Shown: positions 22,272-36,035, numbered from the whole stretch's first letter. The stretch: DNA of 61,537 nt, filler included, from Circinaria calcarea (GCA_051942165.1; 6 parts of 6 records of this genome joined end to end with filler, not necessarily neighbours in it); one strand, 5' to 3'. Numbers and translations: made by a program. Notes: generated from the letters alone by a model not told the origin.

Positions 22272-24169
22272 ATGCCCAACGCCTTTGGCGCCCAAAAGCG
22301 AGAAGCGAGGCACGGTTCCCTCTCGCCTCCGCCGACGAAACGCAAGTTCGAATCCACGACTACGAGTAAAGTTTTCTCTTGAAAAGCCAGCCCGCATGGT
22401 GTCCGAAGAGTTTTTGGGCTGATTGGAAAGTCAAACAGAGAAAGCGGTCGCCAGTTTCTTCACGCCCGTGTCCCAGAAAGAGCCGGAGAGGGTGACGTGG
22501 CGGGTGGTGGAGAGTAGTCTGCTGGTCGGGAGGTATAGCCCAAGTCCCGCTCCTAAGTCTACTCCTGAGTCTGCTACTGCTACGGAAGGGGGGGAGGGCA
22601 AGGAAAAGGGGGAGCCGGTGGTGAAGAGGAGGAAGATTGCGGCTTTTGATTTTGTGAGATTTTTACGTGACCGTCTTACCAGATGTCTAATCCTACTTGC
22701 AGGACTCGACGCTAATCCAGACGTCGTCGGGCAATATCTTTGGCAAAAACTCGTCGGACTGGCGCTGGTGGCATGTTAGCGTTCCGGGTGTGTTGAGGCA
22801 GCTCTATGCGGATGGGTAGGCTGGACTTCTGGGGGTTTGATATACATCTCGGACTAACCAGCCCGGCTTTTCTAGCTACACCGTCGTCGTGCTCAGTAAC
22901 CAAGGAGGTATCAGTCTGAAGAGCGATCCCAAGACGGTCAAGAGCGACCAGAAGCGCCTGGCAGAGTTCAAGGCCAAGGCCGGGTCCGTCTTTGCTCATC
23001 TAGACATACCGATAGCTCTGTATGCGGGCACAGCGCGAGATCGGTTTCGAAAACCCCGGATCGGGATGTGGGGAGAGCTACTCGAAGATTACGATCTTAA
23101 CATCGGTGACGGGCCGGATCTGCAAAACTCAATCTTTGTCGGTGATGCTGCAGGTCGTCCGGCGAGACCCGGGAGGAAGGCAGACCACTCGAGCTCAGAT
23201 CGGTCAGTCCTCTAGCTCCAGGCACAGGTTTGTCAATACATTAAGCGTTGACGGCGCTACAGAGACTTTGCAGCCAATGTCGGCATCGCCTTCCAGACGC
23301 CAGAGGAGTATTTCCTCAAAGAACCTCCAGAGCCTTTCAGTCGGTCATTCGAACCTACATTGTATCTCAATGCAACCACCGATCCTTCGACTAGCTCTCC
23401 CGTTGTGTTTGAAAAGAAAAATTCACTGGATCTGGTTCTACTGTGCGGCAGTCCCGGTGCAGGAAAATCGACATTCTACTGGCAACGCCTGCAACCATTA
23501 GGTTATGAGCGGGTGAATCAGGACATACTCAAGACGGTATGTCTTCTGCCTTGATGTGAACCATGCATTTCTTGAAACACTGTGTTGCGTCCATGGTAGA
23601 CTTCTGACTAAATGCTTGTATAACAGCGTGACAGGTGTCGGAAAGTCGCACTGGATTATCTGAACTCGCAAAAGTCGGTAGCAATAGGTATGTTGTCGTT
23701 GTTGATGGCTTCGTCATGGCAGCCCGCTTGCCCAAGCACTCTCTTGCTAAATTAAGCAGACAACACCAATGCAGACGTCGATACGCGAGCAGTGTGGGTC
23801 CAACTCGCACAAAGATTAGGCCTGCCGATTCGCTGTCTCTATTTCACGGCGCCAATCAAACTGTGCGAACACAACGACACCGTCAGGGCCCTGCACGACG
23901 GCCTGCTCAATCCGGAAAAGCGGTCGATCCTGCCCCATTCCGCCTTCTCGAGCTTCTCTTCCCGATTTCGCGAGCCACAGAATGACGAGGGATTCCAAGA
24001 TATCATGCAGATAGCATTCGAGGTGATAATTGCCGACAGCCACCCCAAATCCCATCCCCCCCCCCGGTGGCTGCCTCCTCGTGCAGGAAGAAGTGGATTC
24101 GCTGACAACGTGTCACAGTTTGATGGGGATGATGGGCAAAAGAGAGAGTGGGCCTTGTATTGGATTTAG
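22272..24169 (+). CDS. pnk1: Polynucleotide kinase 3'-phosphatase (PNKP), multi-exon
   Basis: HAD motifs IAAFDF/DSTL, SNQGGI, RKPRIGMW, FVGDAAGR and DHSSSDR; kinase P-loop CGSPGAGKST, RVNQD and DNTNAD. Confidence 0.93.
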
Positions 24170-26818
24170 GCTTGCAGATGTCACCACATGTCATGCGAGA
24201 AGAGCATAAACAGAAGTGGCTGCATTGCAGTGCGGTTGCATGAACGGCGTTGTTGCTTTTAATTGATAATATTCTGGAGACATCATCAAAATGGAATGGA
24301 GCGGTTGGTCGGTTCATGCCCGAATTATCGATACTCGCAGTCGAAGATGCATCCCAAAGGGCTTCGTACACAACAACACAAAGCAGTCATCATCAAATTG
24401 GACAGCTCGGCTGAGTTCGGTCAATTGATCGGTTCGCTGCCGGTTTCTCTACACCTGGGGAAGCACAGAGATTTTTCAAATACTCGCCATGCGAGTTCAA
24501 CCTACTGTGAATTTCCTGACGATCGTGTGACCGATATCCTTCACCGTGAACCGGGTATGATGCAGATTCTCTAAATTCTACGAACGATGGAGTATGCGCA
24601 TGTAGCATTGACCAACCCAGCCCTTTGACTGACCCGTGTGCGCTCTTGGCTTCCCTTGGTCCAGACGAAAAGTCTGGGGAGGCCAGCATACCCCCAAGAT
24701 AACCAACCTGTCCCCGCCGTTGGTCGGGATCCGTCCATGCTGTTGATTTTGTTTTAGAATTCTGGAAGTAAGGTGTGTCATGTCAAACTTGACTGTTCCT
24801 CATGTGACCATCCGTAGCGTTTATAGAAAATCGCAGGTACAGTTGCTGATGAAAGGGACGACTCTGGCCTATCGCGCTGCGCCCTCCCGGCCATTCTGAC
24901 TGTTTTCCCCTCTAGAATCCAGAGGATGCGCTGGCTGTCGCTTGAATTGCCCATGCTGTCGTCAGGTATTCTCATAGGCAGTGAGCCTATCGACTGACGC
25001 GTAGGATGCCGCCTTGGAAAAAAGGGTTGTGCCTGATGGCTGGAAGCGATGCCGCTAGATGCCGTCCGTCCCGACCGGGATCAGGCCTCCAGCCCACCAT
25101 TGAAGAACGAATCACCTTGCCACAAGGCGCGGGAGATTGCAGCCACAGCAGACACAACTTGGGGCCTTTTGGATCGCTGATATGCCGAGACCACCTTGCC
25201 GTCTCGTCTCCTAGCCGGTGGGGAAAGCTTAACCGCAGGGCCGGGCAAGTAGGAATGCGAAACGGCGATGTCGGCCGTCGTTTCTGTGAGGTTTCTACCC
25301 CGTGGTGATCACTTGGATCTCCCCGCCCCATGAAACGATGGATCTGATCTCTCACAAGGTGTCGGCATTCATGGGCCGCCATGCCACCCTTTCTCCGACC
25401 GTGGCTGAAGCCCGTTCGATGCCGTGTAATATTGGCATCAGCAACAATGTGACGGTACTCGGCACTCTCTGTACGGGAGGATCTCTGCAAATTACGACCC
25501 GTCTGCGCAAGCGAAGGGGACGACCGAAAACTCAATTCGCTGGAGTCGTAATTTTTTCTCTCCGGCCTTTAGCTTTTGCCGGCTCTGAAGCCACCAAAGT
25601 TAGGGGCAGAAATCTGCCATTGGAGGTAGGCTTGGTGGGAAACCAAGAAGTCTGGTTGGGCTTGGCCCTAGGTATTTTGGAGCTGTTCCTGCGGTCGGAA
25701 GGCTGTCTCATGCGCGCCTTACGTCGTTGTTTACGCTTCACCAAGCTTTCCTGGCCCCAGTGCCGGTAGCCTCAGGCCAATTCCTACCTTGACGAGTAGA
25801 CCCCTCCCCCTGCGCCAAAAAGATGGGAGGAATTTTAGGCGCACAAAGCATCGGATCCCGTGTAAATAATAAATAAAGAAAGGCACCGAACAACCCCTGA
25901 GAGGATTCCCAGCCATCCCTGCTCTTCCGGCATAGACCAGGTCCCTTGCAAGACTTGTAAAAAATGGCCTGTGTGTGCATCAATTCCGGTTCTGTTTTCC
26001 AGACTTGGGCGCTGGGGTCAACCATTTTGAACCAATGCAAGAGCAGGAGAAGACTAGGCGAGCCCGGGGGTCGTTGATTTCCCTGGGCGCTGAGCCCCGA
26101 TGGGCGATAGCGGATCCTGCCCTTGAATCCTTTCCCTAAAAGGCCTCGCCATTTGTAGACGAAGTCGGTCAGCCCGGGGGAGTCGGGAGGGAATGGGAAG
26201 CAACGAGGGAAGGGCCGTTGACGGTGTGGCCTCTCTTTTCCCCCCCCATCGTTTTCTGTCAGTTGTCAGAAAAGGCGCAACAGTGGAGAGGGGGAAGAGC
26301 GTGTGTGTGGATCAGAGAAATCTTTGGTTTAGTCGGCCACTATGCCTCTACCCATCCTTTTGCCCAGTTCCCGTTCCCACAAAACCCAATCGCTTCCCGC
26401 CCATTCCCCAAGATCCTGATTATTCCCTTGTTTCGTCCTTGCTTTTTAATTCAATTGATTTTCTTCGCTGTCCCCAAAACTGTCGCTTGCTCCAGGTATC
26501 AGATCGAGGTAAGCCTTGTGATCAATATCCTTGCCCGGATCTCGCACGCGTTCGCCCATTGCCCAACGGCCGAACCTGAGCTCCGATTGTTTTTGTTAGC
26601 GTTATCAAGCGAAAAGCGTCACTGGCTCCAGCAAAGAGCGTTCACAATTGACAACCAGACGAAGTAATACGTGGGCGCGTGCTTACCTATGGTCATGGCA
26701 TTCTAGTGTCGTGTCCTTCTTTCCATCACTGCCCGAGCATCCTACTTTACGTCGCAAAGTATGCTCGCGTCGCCACTCGAGTAAGCCATCTCAAAAACTT
26801 CTGCCGTCTGAGCAAAAC

Positions 26819-28536
26819 ATGCGCGAATTGAGGACCTTTCGCCTTCCGCAGCTGGTGGAAGATAGGAGGAAGGGAGAGAGCGCGAGTGTGCTCTCGGAAC
26901 CTCCTGATCTGGCGACAGTGGGCCATTCTCTCACTCCTTCGCACTCTTCGTCCTCCTCCGATGCACCTTCTCCGGTCACGCCAACCTTCTCAATGCGCTC
27001 ACACTCTCGTTTTCCAAGCTCCAACTCCTCGTTCCCTTCCTCGCCCACGATGCGCGAGTCTTCGGACGCTTTCAATTCCTTGAAGAGGTTGACCGAGGTG
27101 AATGAAGAGCTACATGAGAGGGATGAGGACGATGACAGGCTCGGTCAGTTTGAGAACCAGCGTGGCTGCAAATGTAAGCATACCATTTTGCTGGAAACCC
27201 CGCTGTTCCATCATCAATTCATGGGTGCACCTCGCCCGAGACCATCTCGGCCGGAGCTAATATATGTTTGGCAGACACTCAACAAGGCATGCGCGACCTT
27301 GTCGGAGATAGAGTTGCCAACAGGAAATCTCCCTTCCCGCTGGAATATGACTTGGCCGATGATACACCTTACTATCGGAACGCCGACATGGAAGCATCCG
27401 CAAAAAGGCGATGCGCTGAAGATTACCCTTTTGTTGGTTTCACATCACGCTTTGGTACCCGCTTTCCTTCCTTTTCTCGGCGATGGAATAATAGGAGGGT
27501 TGGAAACACGGTCTCCGTCGCGGACAGCCTCCAAGAAACTATCGTATCTCGCTCACGAGCCAATTCCATCCGTGCCCCAAGTCTCCAGGATTCGATTGCT
27601 GACTCCGTAGAGCGAGGAGATATTCACCTTCCAACGACCCTTCCAACGACCCCAGCCCGAAGTGTTTTTGAGGAACGTTACGATGAAGTCCCTGTTAGTC
27701 CGATTGACATCCAGAAGGCGAATGCGCCTCTTGAAGGCGATGAAATCGATGTAGAAGATCTTGCGACTACTCCGCTCCTTCCCCCTCTCATGGTACAGTT
27801 CTCTTCCAAATTAGCAAACACACCAGTTCAGTCACCTCTGCAATCCCCCACCGTTGCCGACTCTCCTTTGACCGTTCACACTCCTACCGAAGGACCCCAA
27901 CATCCCGGACTTCCTTCACCCCCTCTTTCGACAAAGCCATCCATATCTTCATTTCACCACCGTCAGCTTGCACCTAACTCTGATATCCCTCAGATGCAGC
28001 TAGCAGACGCGCATGATGAGTGGGCCAACAAACTCGGTCACGCCAACTTTACCATCCAACCTGAGCCATATCTTCCGATTACCTTCGATCTCTCCGCATG
28101 CAAGCAGCTTCGAAGTGACTGGAACGCTGCGAGGCTTAACTTCATGAAACATTTGGCTCGCACGGGCGAGCATTACAGCACCACTTCGAAAATCCATCAG
28201 CTCACAGAAGATAAGTGGGCAGAAGTTGACGCGCAATGGAAACGCAATTACGAGCTTACGAAGGTGTCGTGCAAAGTCGATGATAACGAAGAGGCAATTG
28301 CATTATCCAAGCACACCTTCGCTGCGGAGCGTATACCGCTGATAAAAATCCCATCATTGAATGGGCCCAAAAGTGAAGGCAAATTTCCGAAACTCGGTGA
28401 TGAGGGTATCGTCGGCCCTATGGTCCGAGAGAAGTCTCAAGTCCAACCACGCCGTCCCATTCGCAAAAGGGCGTTCTGGAAGTTCTTGCAAGGAGTACTG
28501 CCCTCCAGCGTCGCCTTCGGCCGCGGACAGGCTTAG
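26819..28536 (+). CDS. Pro/Ser-rich conserved fungal hypothetical protein, 2 exons
   Basis: MRELRTFRLPQLVE...SPVTPTFS, intron at about 27174-27274, then LATTPLLPPL, WANKLGHANFTIQPEPY and GKFPKLGDEGIVGPM. Confidence 0.75.
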
Positions 28537-29738
28537 ACAAAATCTTTCTGTTTCATGGGAGGTTCACTGTACAGCATTTTTACGGCCTATTACGATTTCT
28601 TTTGTTCAACGATATTTACGTTCCCTTTGCCTCGTTAAGCCATGCTCCAACGAATTACGCTCCTTTACCAGACATTTTCATTTGTCAATCTTACAGCTAT
28701 CATGATGGGATGTCGAACTAGAGGAAAATGTCATCAGACAAAGAGACTGCGAAGAACTTAACAAACCTGACGCGGGAGTATCCATGAGGATATGGGGGGT
28801 GCAGGAAAACGCACACAGGCAACGACGCTAGGAACACAGGTTCTGTCTCCTGGGTTGCCACCAGGATTTGATTTCCCATTTCCTGTAACACAATGTATGG
28901 GGTGCCACTGGGGGTTTGGGGAGACGGAGGGGTATGGCGGCTTTGGTTCTTATTCTCGAGGCCTGGTGTGTCTGGGTGTTTGGCTAGATGATTTAGATGA
29001 TGATGACGATTATGATGATGAGGGCGGAGGAAGAGATCTGGCGGCTGTTTACTCTCGGGGAGAACTTGCGTATCGACAGGTTTTTAGAGGAGGAAAAGGG
29101 AGTAGGCAGTGCAGTCGAAGAGGATGGAGGATGGGAACAGGGTACCGAGAGGGAAAGGCTTGGAGGTCGAGAGGGATGGAATCTGGACTACCTAGATTTT
29201 TCACTCGACTGCTTCAACGCATGTTGAAAACCGGAGCTTTACCAATACAAAACATGGGTTATTTCCCCCCAAATATAAGATCCATCATCGTATTCTCCCT
29301 TTTCTCCATACCCTACTCAAACTCTCCTACCTCACCATTCCCTTATTCCTCTCCCGCTTCAAGATTTCGAGCACGGATGACATGCGTACTCCAAATCGAA
29401 AACCGGCGGAGGAAAAGATAGCGGGTTCCCGTGGGGGTGGTTTCCCCGGTTTGGTTTTGCAGCAGGGGGCAAGGGGAAAATAATATGGTAGGTGCTGGGA
29501 GTTTACTTTGTAAGAAAAGGGAGTTGGCTGGTATGTGAGTCACGTTTCTGTATGCCTACATCATAAGAAATTTTAATCTAAATAATATAATCGGCTGATT
29601 GCATTTGTAAATTAAAAAAGGAGTTTATAGTACAGCCACGTCAAACTTTGACATCGGATCGAAAAACATCGGAGCCAAATAAATCCTTTTTCTTTTTTCG
29701 ATCCTTTATGGTTTCAGGGCAAAGAACATATTTACCAC

Positions 29739-30736
29739 ATGGATCAGTATGTTTTATACCATTTCCCCTGGTCGCTCTTCTCACTCATGACGCGGTACAC
29801 CATCGCCTTGCGTGGAGATCCGTCTTCGGCCGCGGCCACAATGGCAATTGAAGAGAAGATGGTGGACCTCCACCGGGATGAGAACCTGGCAGAGCAGTAC
29901 CTTTTAGCGGTGAACCCAAAGGGCCAGGTATCTGCTAACCCTCTAATCCATTATCGAGAATCCCCACTTATCCCGCAACCCGACGCTAACGTATATCGCT
30001 CTCCCCAAGGTCCCCACCCTAACGTCACCGGCACTTCCGATCCCTCTCACCGAAAGTCTCGACATCACCGACCTCATCTGCCAGTCCTACCCCAAGCTCC
30101 TGCCCCCGACCCATCGGCCGATCATAGAACGCCTCCTCGCGGACTTGCACGCCATCCAGCCCCTCTCGCTCTCCATCCCTCCGCCAGAAGACCGAGCCGC
30201 GGGGATCCCCAATCCCAGCATCGAGAAATCCCTCGCTCGACCAGACATCTCGGATGCCTGGCGGGATGCCCTGAGGTACAAGGCAGACTAGTACGTGGCC
30301 CCATCCCCTTTCCCACTCGTGAAAACGCTCTGGGTCCACCTACGTCAACTCAAGTCATCCTCCAGCCATGCCCAGACACTCCTCCACGCGCTCGACGAGG
30401 AGCCCGTTCGACGCGCCGAGGAGCAGGCGACATGTTTCTTCGAAAGCCTCCGCCGGCAGTACTCTCTGCACCGAAAGGACGCCCGCGCCCCCTGGATTTT
30501 CGGTGACGCAGTGGGCGCGACGGCTCTGGACGCCCACACGGTCCCTTTCGTCGCACGCCTCATCGATGCCGGTCGCACCGACCTGGTTCCCGAGGACGTC
30601 CGCCAGTACGCGGAGAGGGCCATGGCCGGGCCGGAGTGGCAGGGGGTCACGAAGGGGAGGCCGACAATGTTCGAGGTGTGGCTGGAACGGATGAGGGAGA
30701 GGTATGGGGCGGAAGGGACGCCGGAGCCGTTTGGGA
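29739..30736 (+). CDS. Glutathione S-transferase-like protein, multi-exon, stop lost at contig end
   Basis: LYHFPWSLFS, EQYLLAVNPKGQ/VPTL...LTESLDI (GST N-domain) and WIFGDAVGATALDAHTVPFVARL (C-domain). Confidence 0.8.
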
Positions 30737-30836
30737 NNNNNNNNNNNNNNNNNNNNNNNNNNNNNNNNNNNNNNNNNNNNTTAATTAATTAANNNNNNNN
30801 NNNNNNNNNNNNNNNNNNNNNNNNNNNNNNNNNNNN
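30737..30836. other. Artificial contig linker
   Basis: 44 N + TTAATTAATTAA + 44 N. Confidence 0.98.
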
Positions 30837-30867
30837 CACCCCCTCCCATTATAGCAAACCTTCCTTA

Positions 30868-31090
30868 TCCACCGTGAAGTGATGTCGGGGTTTGTGATAG
30901 TAAGTAACCCTCTTGCCCCCCGTATATGATGTTCGCTAGTTATCGTGGCAACCCCCTCATCCCCGTAGAATGATGTCGTTATTATTTCTCCCGCCACCTC
31001 TTGTTTAATTCAAAAGTAGGCCCAGCTACCTACTCCCGCTTAAGCGTCCCCGTGAAATGATGTCGTGTTTTTGTCGTAGCAACGCTCCCC
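30868..31090 (+). repeat. Four degenerate copies of a CCGTRnnnTGATGTCG...TCGTAGCAAC-type motif
   Basis: Copies near 30872, 30920, 30961 and 31048. Confidence 0.6.
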
Positions 31091-31120
31091 AGCCGCGGCG
31101 AGAACAGCCTTTGCACTTTA

Positions 31121-31213
31121 GTTCACCACCCATCAATATGTTCACGACATGTTCACCACCGATCAACATGTTCACCACCCATTCAACATGTTCCACCCAT
31201 CAACAAGTTTCAC
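31121..31213 (+). repeat. Degenerate ~19-20-bp tandem repeat (ATGTTCACCACCCATCAAC)
   Basis: Four to five imperfect units in tandem. Confidence 0.75.
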
Positions 31214-32180
31214 ACGTGCAGCGTCACACAACCTACAATAAGTGTGCATCTTTTATCTGCTCTTCTGCTGTCATTTAACTGCCAGATGCAACTTCATTAG
31301 GAGGGTGATGCCCTCTTCATCAGCCGAGAAACTGCCGGTCAACGTGGACTGGCTGTTATCACTCTGCGGAACTGAACTTGGCAACAACCAGAGAGCACGA
31401 GTTTCAAGATGGATACGGCTTGAGAATGTCTTCCAAGCGTAAGAGCAGACATATTCTTTGGATCGAGGCTATTCGGGCGAGAACACGGATCTGGTGCTCG
31501 TCGAGCTTTCATCATTTATGAGCTAATCGTCTATTCAAGGGGCTTCGTAGGCAAGAACCACACCCAACCCCTCGTCTTCTTTGCTTAGCAGCATCACGGC
31601 CTCTCGATCTTTCAGAATCTGCCTGTCCACCACGATGATCCTCAACATCCTCCGGCTACTCGCTCTTGCTGGCCACCGTAGCTCGCATTAGAGGCTAGCA
31701 GATACAAGCTCACCTACCTTGGGTGTTGCTGTTCTCCACGCCCAAGGTAAGCAATCTTGTATCCCTACAGAAGGTCAGACTGCCAGGCATCGTACCGAAA
31801 TGAGAGATGCTATATATATGAGTTAGGACGGTAGTGATCTCCGAGTACAGCCAAGGCCCCCATAGTGCAACCAATGCGCGGATGTTGGCGTTTGCCCGCG
31901 AATTCATATGGTTTGTTTCAATGAGCTCCTTGCGGTAGGATATTTCAAAGGGTAGAAATTGGATATATGTGCGTGTCATCCAAACTTGGCATGACACTCT
32001 GCATAGGATCTGATGCGTGTTCTCCTAGTACCACAATGATGGAGAGTGTGGCTCCGGTTCCAATTCTTGCCACACTCAAGCATCTGTCGGCGCGCTGGCG
32101 TAACTCCGTGGCAGCGATGAGGCGGTCATGGGCAGAGAGGGAGGCGTCTTGGATGAGGAGGAGGAGGGTCTCGTCGCGGC

Positions 32181-32429
32181 GGGCTGGTCGTAAAACTGTC
32201 GGAGACAATACGTTTCAAGCCTTCAACGAGCTCCTGGCCGTAGGATATTTTGAATGTGGAAAGATGGATGTATGTACAAGTTCTTTCTTCCCTGGAAGGT
32301 ACTTTATACACGTTCTGACATGTGTTTTGCTAGTTTCATGATGACGGGGAGTCCACATTGGGTCCTACCATTGCCACCTGGTCTCTCGGTGCACCTGCCA
32401 CAATGATAATTCGTATGAAGGAGCCCTAA
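32181..32429 (+). pseudogene. Fragment of a fungal AlkB-like 2OG-Fe(II) dioxygenase
   Basis: AGRKTVGDNTFQAFNELLAVGYFECGKMD / intron / FHDDGESTLGPTIATWSLGAPATMIIRMKEP*. The HxD motif is present, but the frame stops before the distal His/Arg and no matching N-terminus is evident. Confidence 0.6.
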
Positions 32430-35400
32430 TGGTAACCTCCAATAGTGCAGCTGGTGCAGTGCAGAGGGTACTACCCTATATTGGCAGTGGGTACATCCGG
32501 AAACACCCTAACATCGACACAGCCGAGAGATTCTTTCTTGAATGTGTATACCAATGGTCAAATACTAGCACTTGCTATCCTTCACCAGGGCTGGGTGACA
32601 GCAGCCATCCTTTTTACAAGCAACCGTCTCTGGGGTTCTTAGCACCTCGGCGTGCTCCAAGCCTCCGGGATGGGGGAGGGTGTCAAGTTCAGACTGGGTA
32701 CCCCTGAGGTACCCATTTTGATCCTCTGGGGTGAATTGTCTCCGTTTGACCTCTGGGGTAGGGTGGGGTATTGCAAACTTTGGCCTACTCGCACCAAAAT
32801 TGTGAGGTATAACCGGTTGTCGAAGAAGCCCTAGATGAACTTGCGTGGAGAAACGGAGGAACAATTAGAACTCTCAGGGCATTTCTCCGGGAAATGCATT
32901 ATGGGACCTTACGGGAATAGCGATGTCAATGCCAACATGAATGTTAAGCCGACCATGGTATGCGTAGAGCAGAGACAACATGCACCCGCTCAAGCCTTCG
33001 GCGCATACGGGGAGCAGATTAGCTAGATAACCATGACCTTTGGGCCTTAGAGCTTGCCTTTGAGCATTAGACAGAAGAAGCAATTTTATCACCATTTTCT
33101 GCATGATGCTTGCACTCCCGTGACAGAGCATTGCGCAACAGAACAAAATCACAGCCGCATAGAGGCTGCAAAAACGGCTTGTCGACAATCATTGTGTCGT
33201 ACAGCAGAATCATTCTCACGAAAGGGATCCAATGAACGCAAAGAGAACCCCGAAACTCGAATCAATCTCCACACGAGAGGATATATTCTTATGTGAAAAA
33301 GATCGAAGAATTCTGGAACAATTTATAAGGTCCCTAAGACATCAATCAACTTGGCAACGATAATTGAGCATCGAATAGTTGGAACTGTCTCGCGGCCAAC
33401 GTCTGAACCCCACTTAAGCAAAATGGGAACCAAAATCTCTCGAGTACTTTGACACACGAAACACCGGGCCAATGGCGCCAACAGCAGGCTGCAGGGTTCA
33501 TCATGCAAATTCAACAGAAGGCACAAAGGAACGGAGTAATTATATGTTGACTGGACTGGCGACGAAAAGAGATTCGCTGCGAATGCGGCCGGAATAGGGC
33601 TCACTCAACTTAAGGAGGTAGAGGAGGGGCGACTCGACCATGCAAGAATCAATGGTGTTCAAAGGACGCAAAAGAGTTCCATTCCACTAAAATCTGCATA
33701 AGGCTGGAAAGGATCTCTACCAAGGCACAGTAGTCAGCCACCTGGCTATGTCACTGTGGCACAGAGTCTGCCTTCTTTTAGAACAAAATCAACTCTTTGC
33801 ACTCACTAGATGTTCTATGCATATAGGCGTGACAACAGTAGCTTAGGGACATTCTGAGGGAAGTCCCTTGAAACCCAAGGCTGCCAGAAGAACTCGCAAG
33901 GGAACACGTGTGCTTGTTTGTTTATGCCAGATTGAGGCGAGTAAGAAAAAGTTGAGTCCGACGGACCAAGGGTACCCAGCCGATAGAAGTAACGAAGAAG
34001 TGGAACATTAGTTGTAGAGGGCTGTAAAGCTAAACAGAGAGCAAAAGGAACGAGATTGAGGAAAGAAGAAACCAGATCATACCAATCTCTTTACTCAGCT
34101 GTATGACCTCCTTAAAAGCTTGGCTTGCTTCCTCGGGCTTTCGTATCATCCAGCTTTTCAGTTGTTTCGTTTCTTTGAATATGCTGAGACTGTGACAGGT
34201 ATCTAAGCCTTGGGAATCGCTGATGACGAGATCGTGTTCCCATGTGGTTCTTTCTAAGTGCATCTTGACTGCGTCATTCGAGTCTCTGCTCAGGTCCCTA
34301 TGCCTCTACTGCATGCTACAATCCGAAGAATTCTCTTGGACAAGCGAGGGCTTCTGTAAAGATACCTAAATATATGGATGATAGACCGTACAAGAGACAT
34401 TCACAGATCGAGACTATTAGCATCAGAGACAGATTGTTCTACATTCACTTACATTGTGTTTCGGTTATTCTCACTATACACATATGAGCGCGGTGAGCAC
34501 TGGCGCCGATCCGGTATTGTCGACAAGCAAATTTTTTGTCTGTCCATGTTATATTGAAAGCAATGTCACACTGGAGTGATCTTTCACATCACACAGCAGG
34601 CTGTTGGATAAAAGGTCCTTGCAAGCCCCCCAGATAATCTTCTCTTCAGCTTCACACTATAACTCTGACGCCGCAATATGTTGGTAGGGGATGAGGGCAC
34701 AGGTCAGGTCCGCCAGAGTGCCGCTCCAAGAAGGCCATTGGAGCAGTAACAGAGCCATATGAGGAAGGCATCGAGGAGGCACCACGGAAAGTCGAAGATA
34801 AGAAAGAGTATCGTGTGGAAAGGGTCGTGAGGATGCTCGAAAAGGGAGGGAGAGAGCCAAAGGGGATAATGCTAGTAGCAAAAACTGGGCGCAAGAAAGC
34901 AGAAGGCAGCAGGACACTCGAGCCCTAATGTTCCTTGGTTGTTTTAGGTTATTGATTTAGAGATAACGGTATGCTAACTGTCAGTTTTCGACAATTCCCT
35001 TTCCCTTTCTATTGTCACGAACGACAATACGTCTCAACCGTCCTCGGGTGTTGTAAGTCTCCAGAGACGACTGAATCGTGGTCAGGAATCCGGGGTGATG
35101 GGGGAGCTATTAGCTAATGGTAGACAATATTGTAGGTCTCGTTGGTATGGTCTCGACCAAGTAAAGGTCAAGCTGAGAGAAACCTTACGTCTTTCGATTT
35201 GCTTCCACAGAAACCAGTATGAGGTGTGATATTACTGGTTTTGTCAGGGGCTTTCGTGTATGACGATGGAATGTAGTCCCGGGTACCATATCCCAAGTAC
35301 GACAAGCCACAGCTTGGCAAAGCCACCACCGCCCGTCCATCTGTACGGGGGGCTATGCTCCGGACTCGTATATTGGATATTATTGCTTCTCCATCAACCG

Positions 35401-36035
35401 ATACTGCCATTTCCATTCCCATTCCCATTCCCATTCCCAGATTGCAATCTTCCCCCGATCCCGTTGAAAAGGAGAGTAGGATCTCTATCCTACGTCATCA
35501 CTGCCAACAGAATCCGGATGTGCACATTCCTGTTTGCTTCTCTCGATCTCGATACCCGGATTGTGCATGGCCCAAAGAAATCGAGAATGAGCAATGATAA
35601 CAATTGTAATTAGCCCTCACTGGTCATATCCCATTTAGGATCTTACGACCTGCACTTGCCTATGCGTCACCGTCACATACTCATGCCTTGATTCTGCACC
35701 TATGCGTGGTGCTCTCTGCCAGACCGCCTCCCCCTACTTTACAAGGACATGGCACTTCCCATCCTCTAAACAGGTTTGATCGCACTGTCTCAGTACAGCT
35801 GGAGCCAGACCTGCTTTTCATCTTGCGAAAGGTGCTGCTAGCCCGTTAAGTACCCATCCTACTTTTGCCGATGACCTTCCTTTCTTACTGATAGGTTGAG
35901 CTCCTCGAGCACTTTCGAGAGTGGGTGATTGAACACTCCTACAGTGCTGTTTCACGCGTACTTTTGGCTATTCACCCACATCTTCTAGTCAACCGACTTG
36001 TGTGTGTCCAAGTCCTTTCAACCCTTTGCCTTCAG

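Noticed and set aside
24200..26800. Many 60-180-aa ORFs upstream of the Pro/Ser-rich gene
   Set aside because: No recognisable domain or consistent splice structure; likely a long promoter or 5' UTR.
28792..29421. 209-aa ORF downstream of the Pro/Ser-rich gene
   Set aside because: Low-complexity and purine-rich with no domain; consistent with 3' UTR or intergenic DNA.
30868..31213. CRISPR-like or snoRNA-array interpretation of the spaced repeats
   Set aside because: The context is eukaryotic, the repeats are degenerate with irregular spacing, the core TGATGT is not a box C (RTGATGA), and no paired box D is evident.
33300..34000. Faint resemblance of minus-strand frames to a decayed HET C-terminus
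   Set aside because: The similarity is too weak and too interrupted to call without a search.
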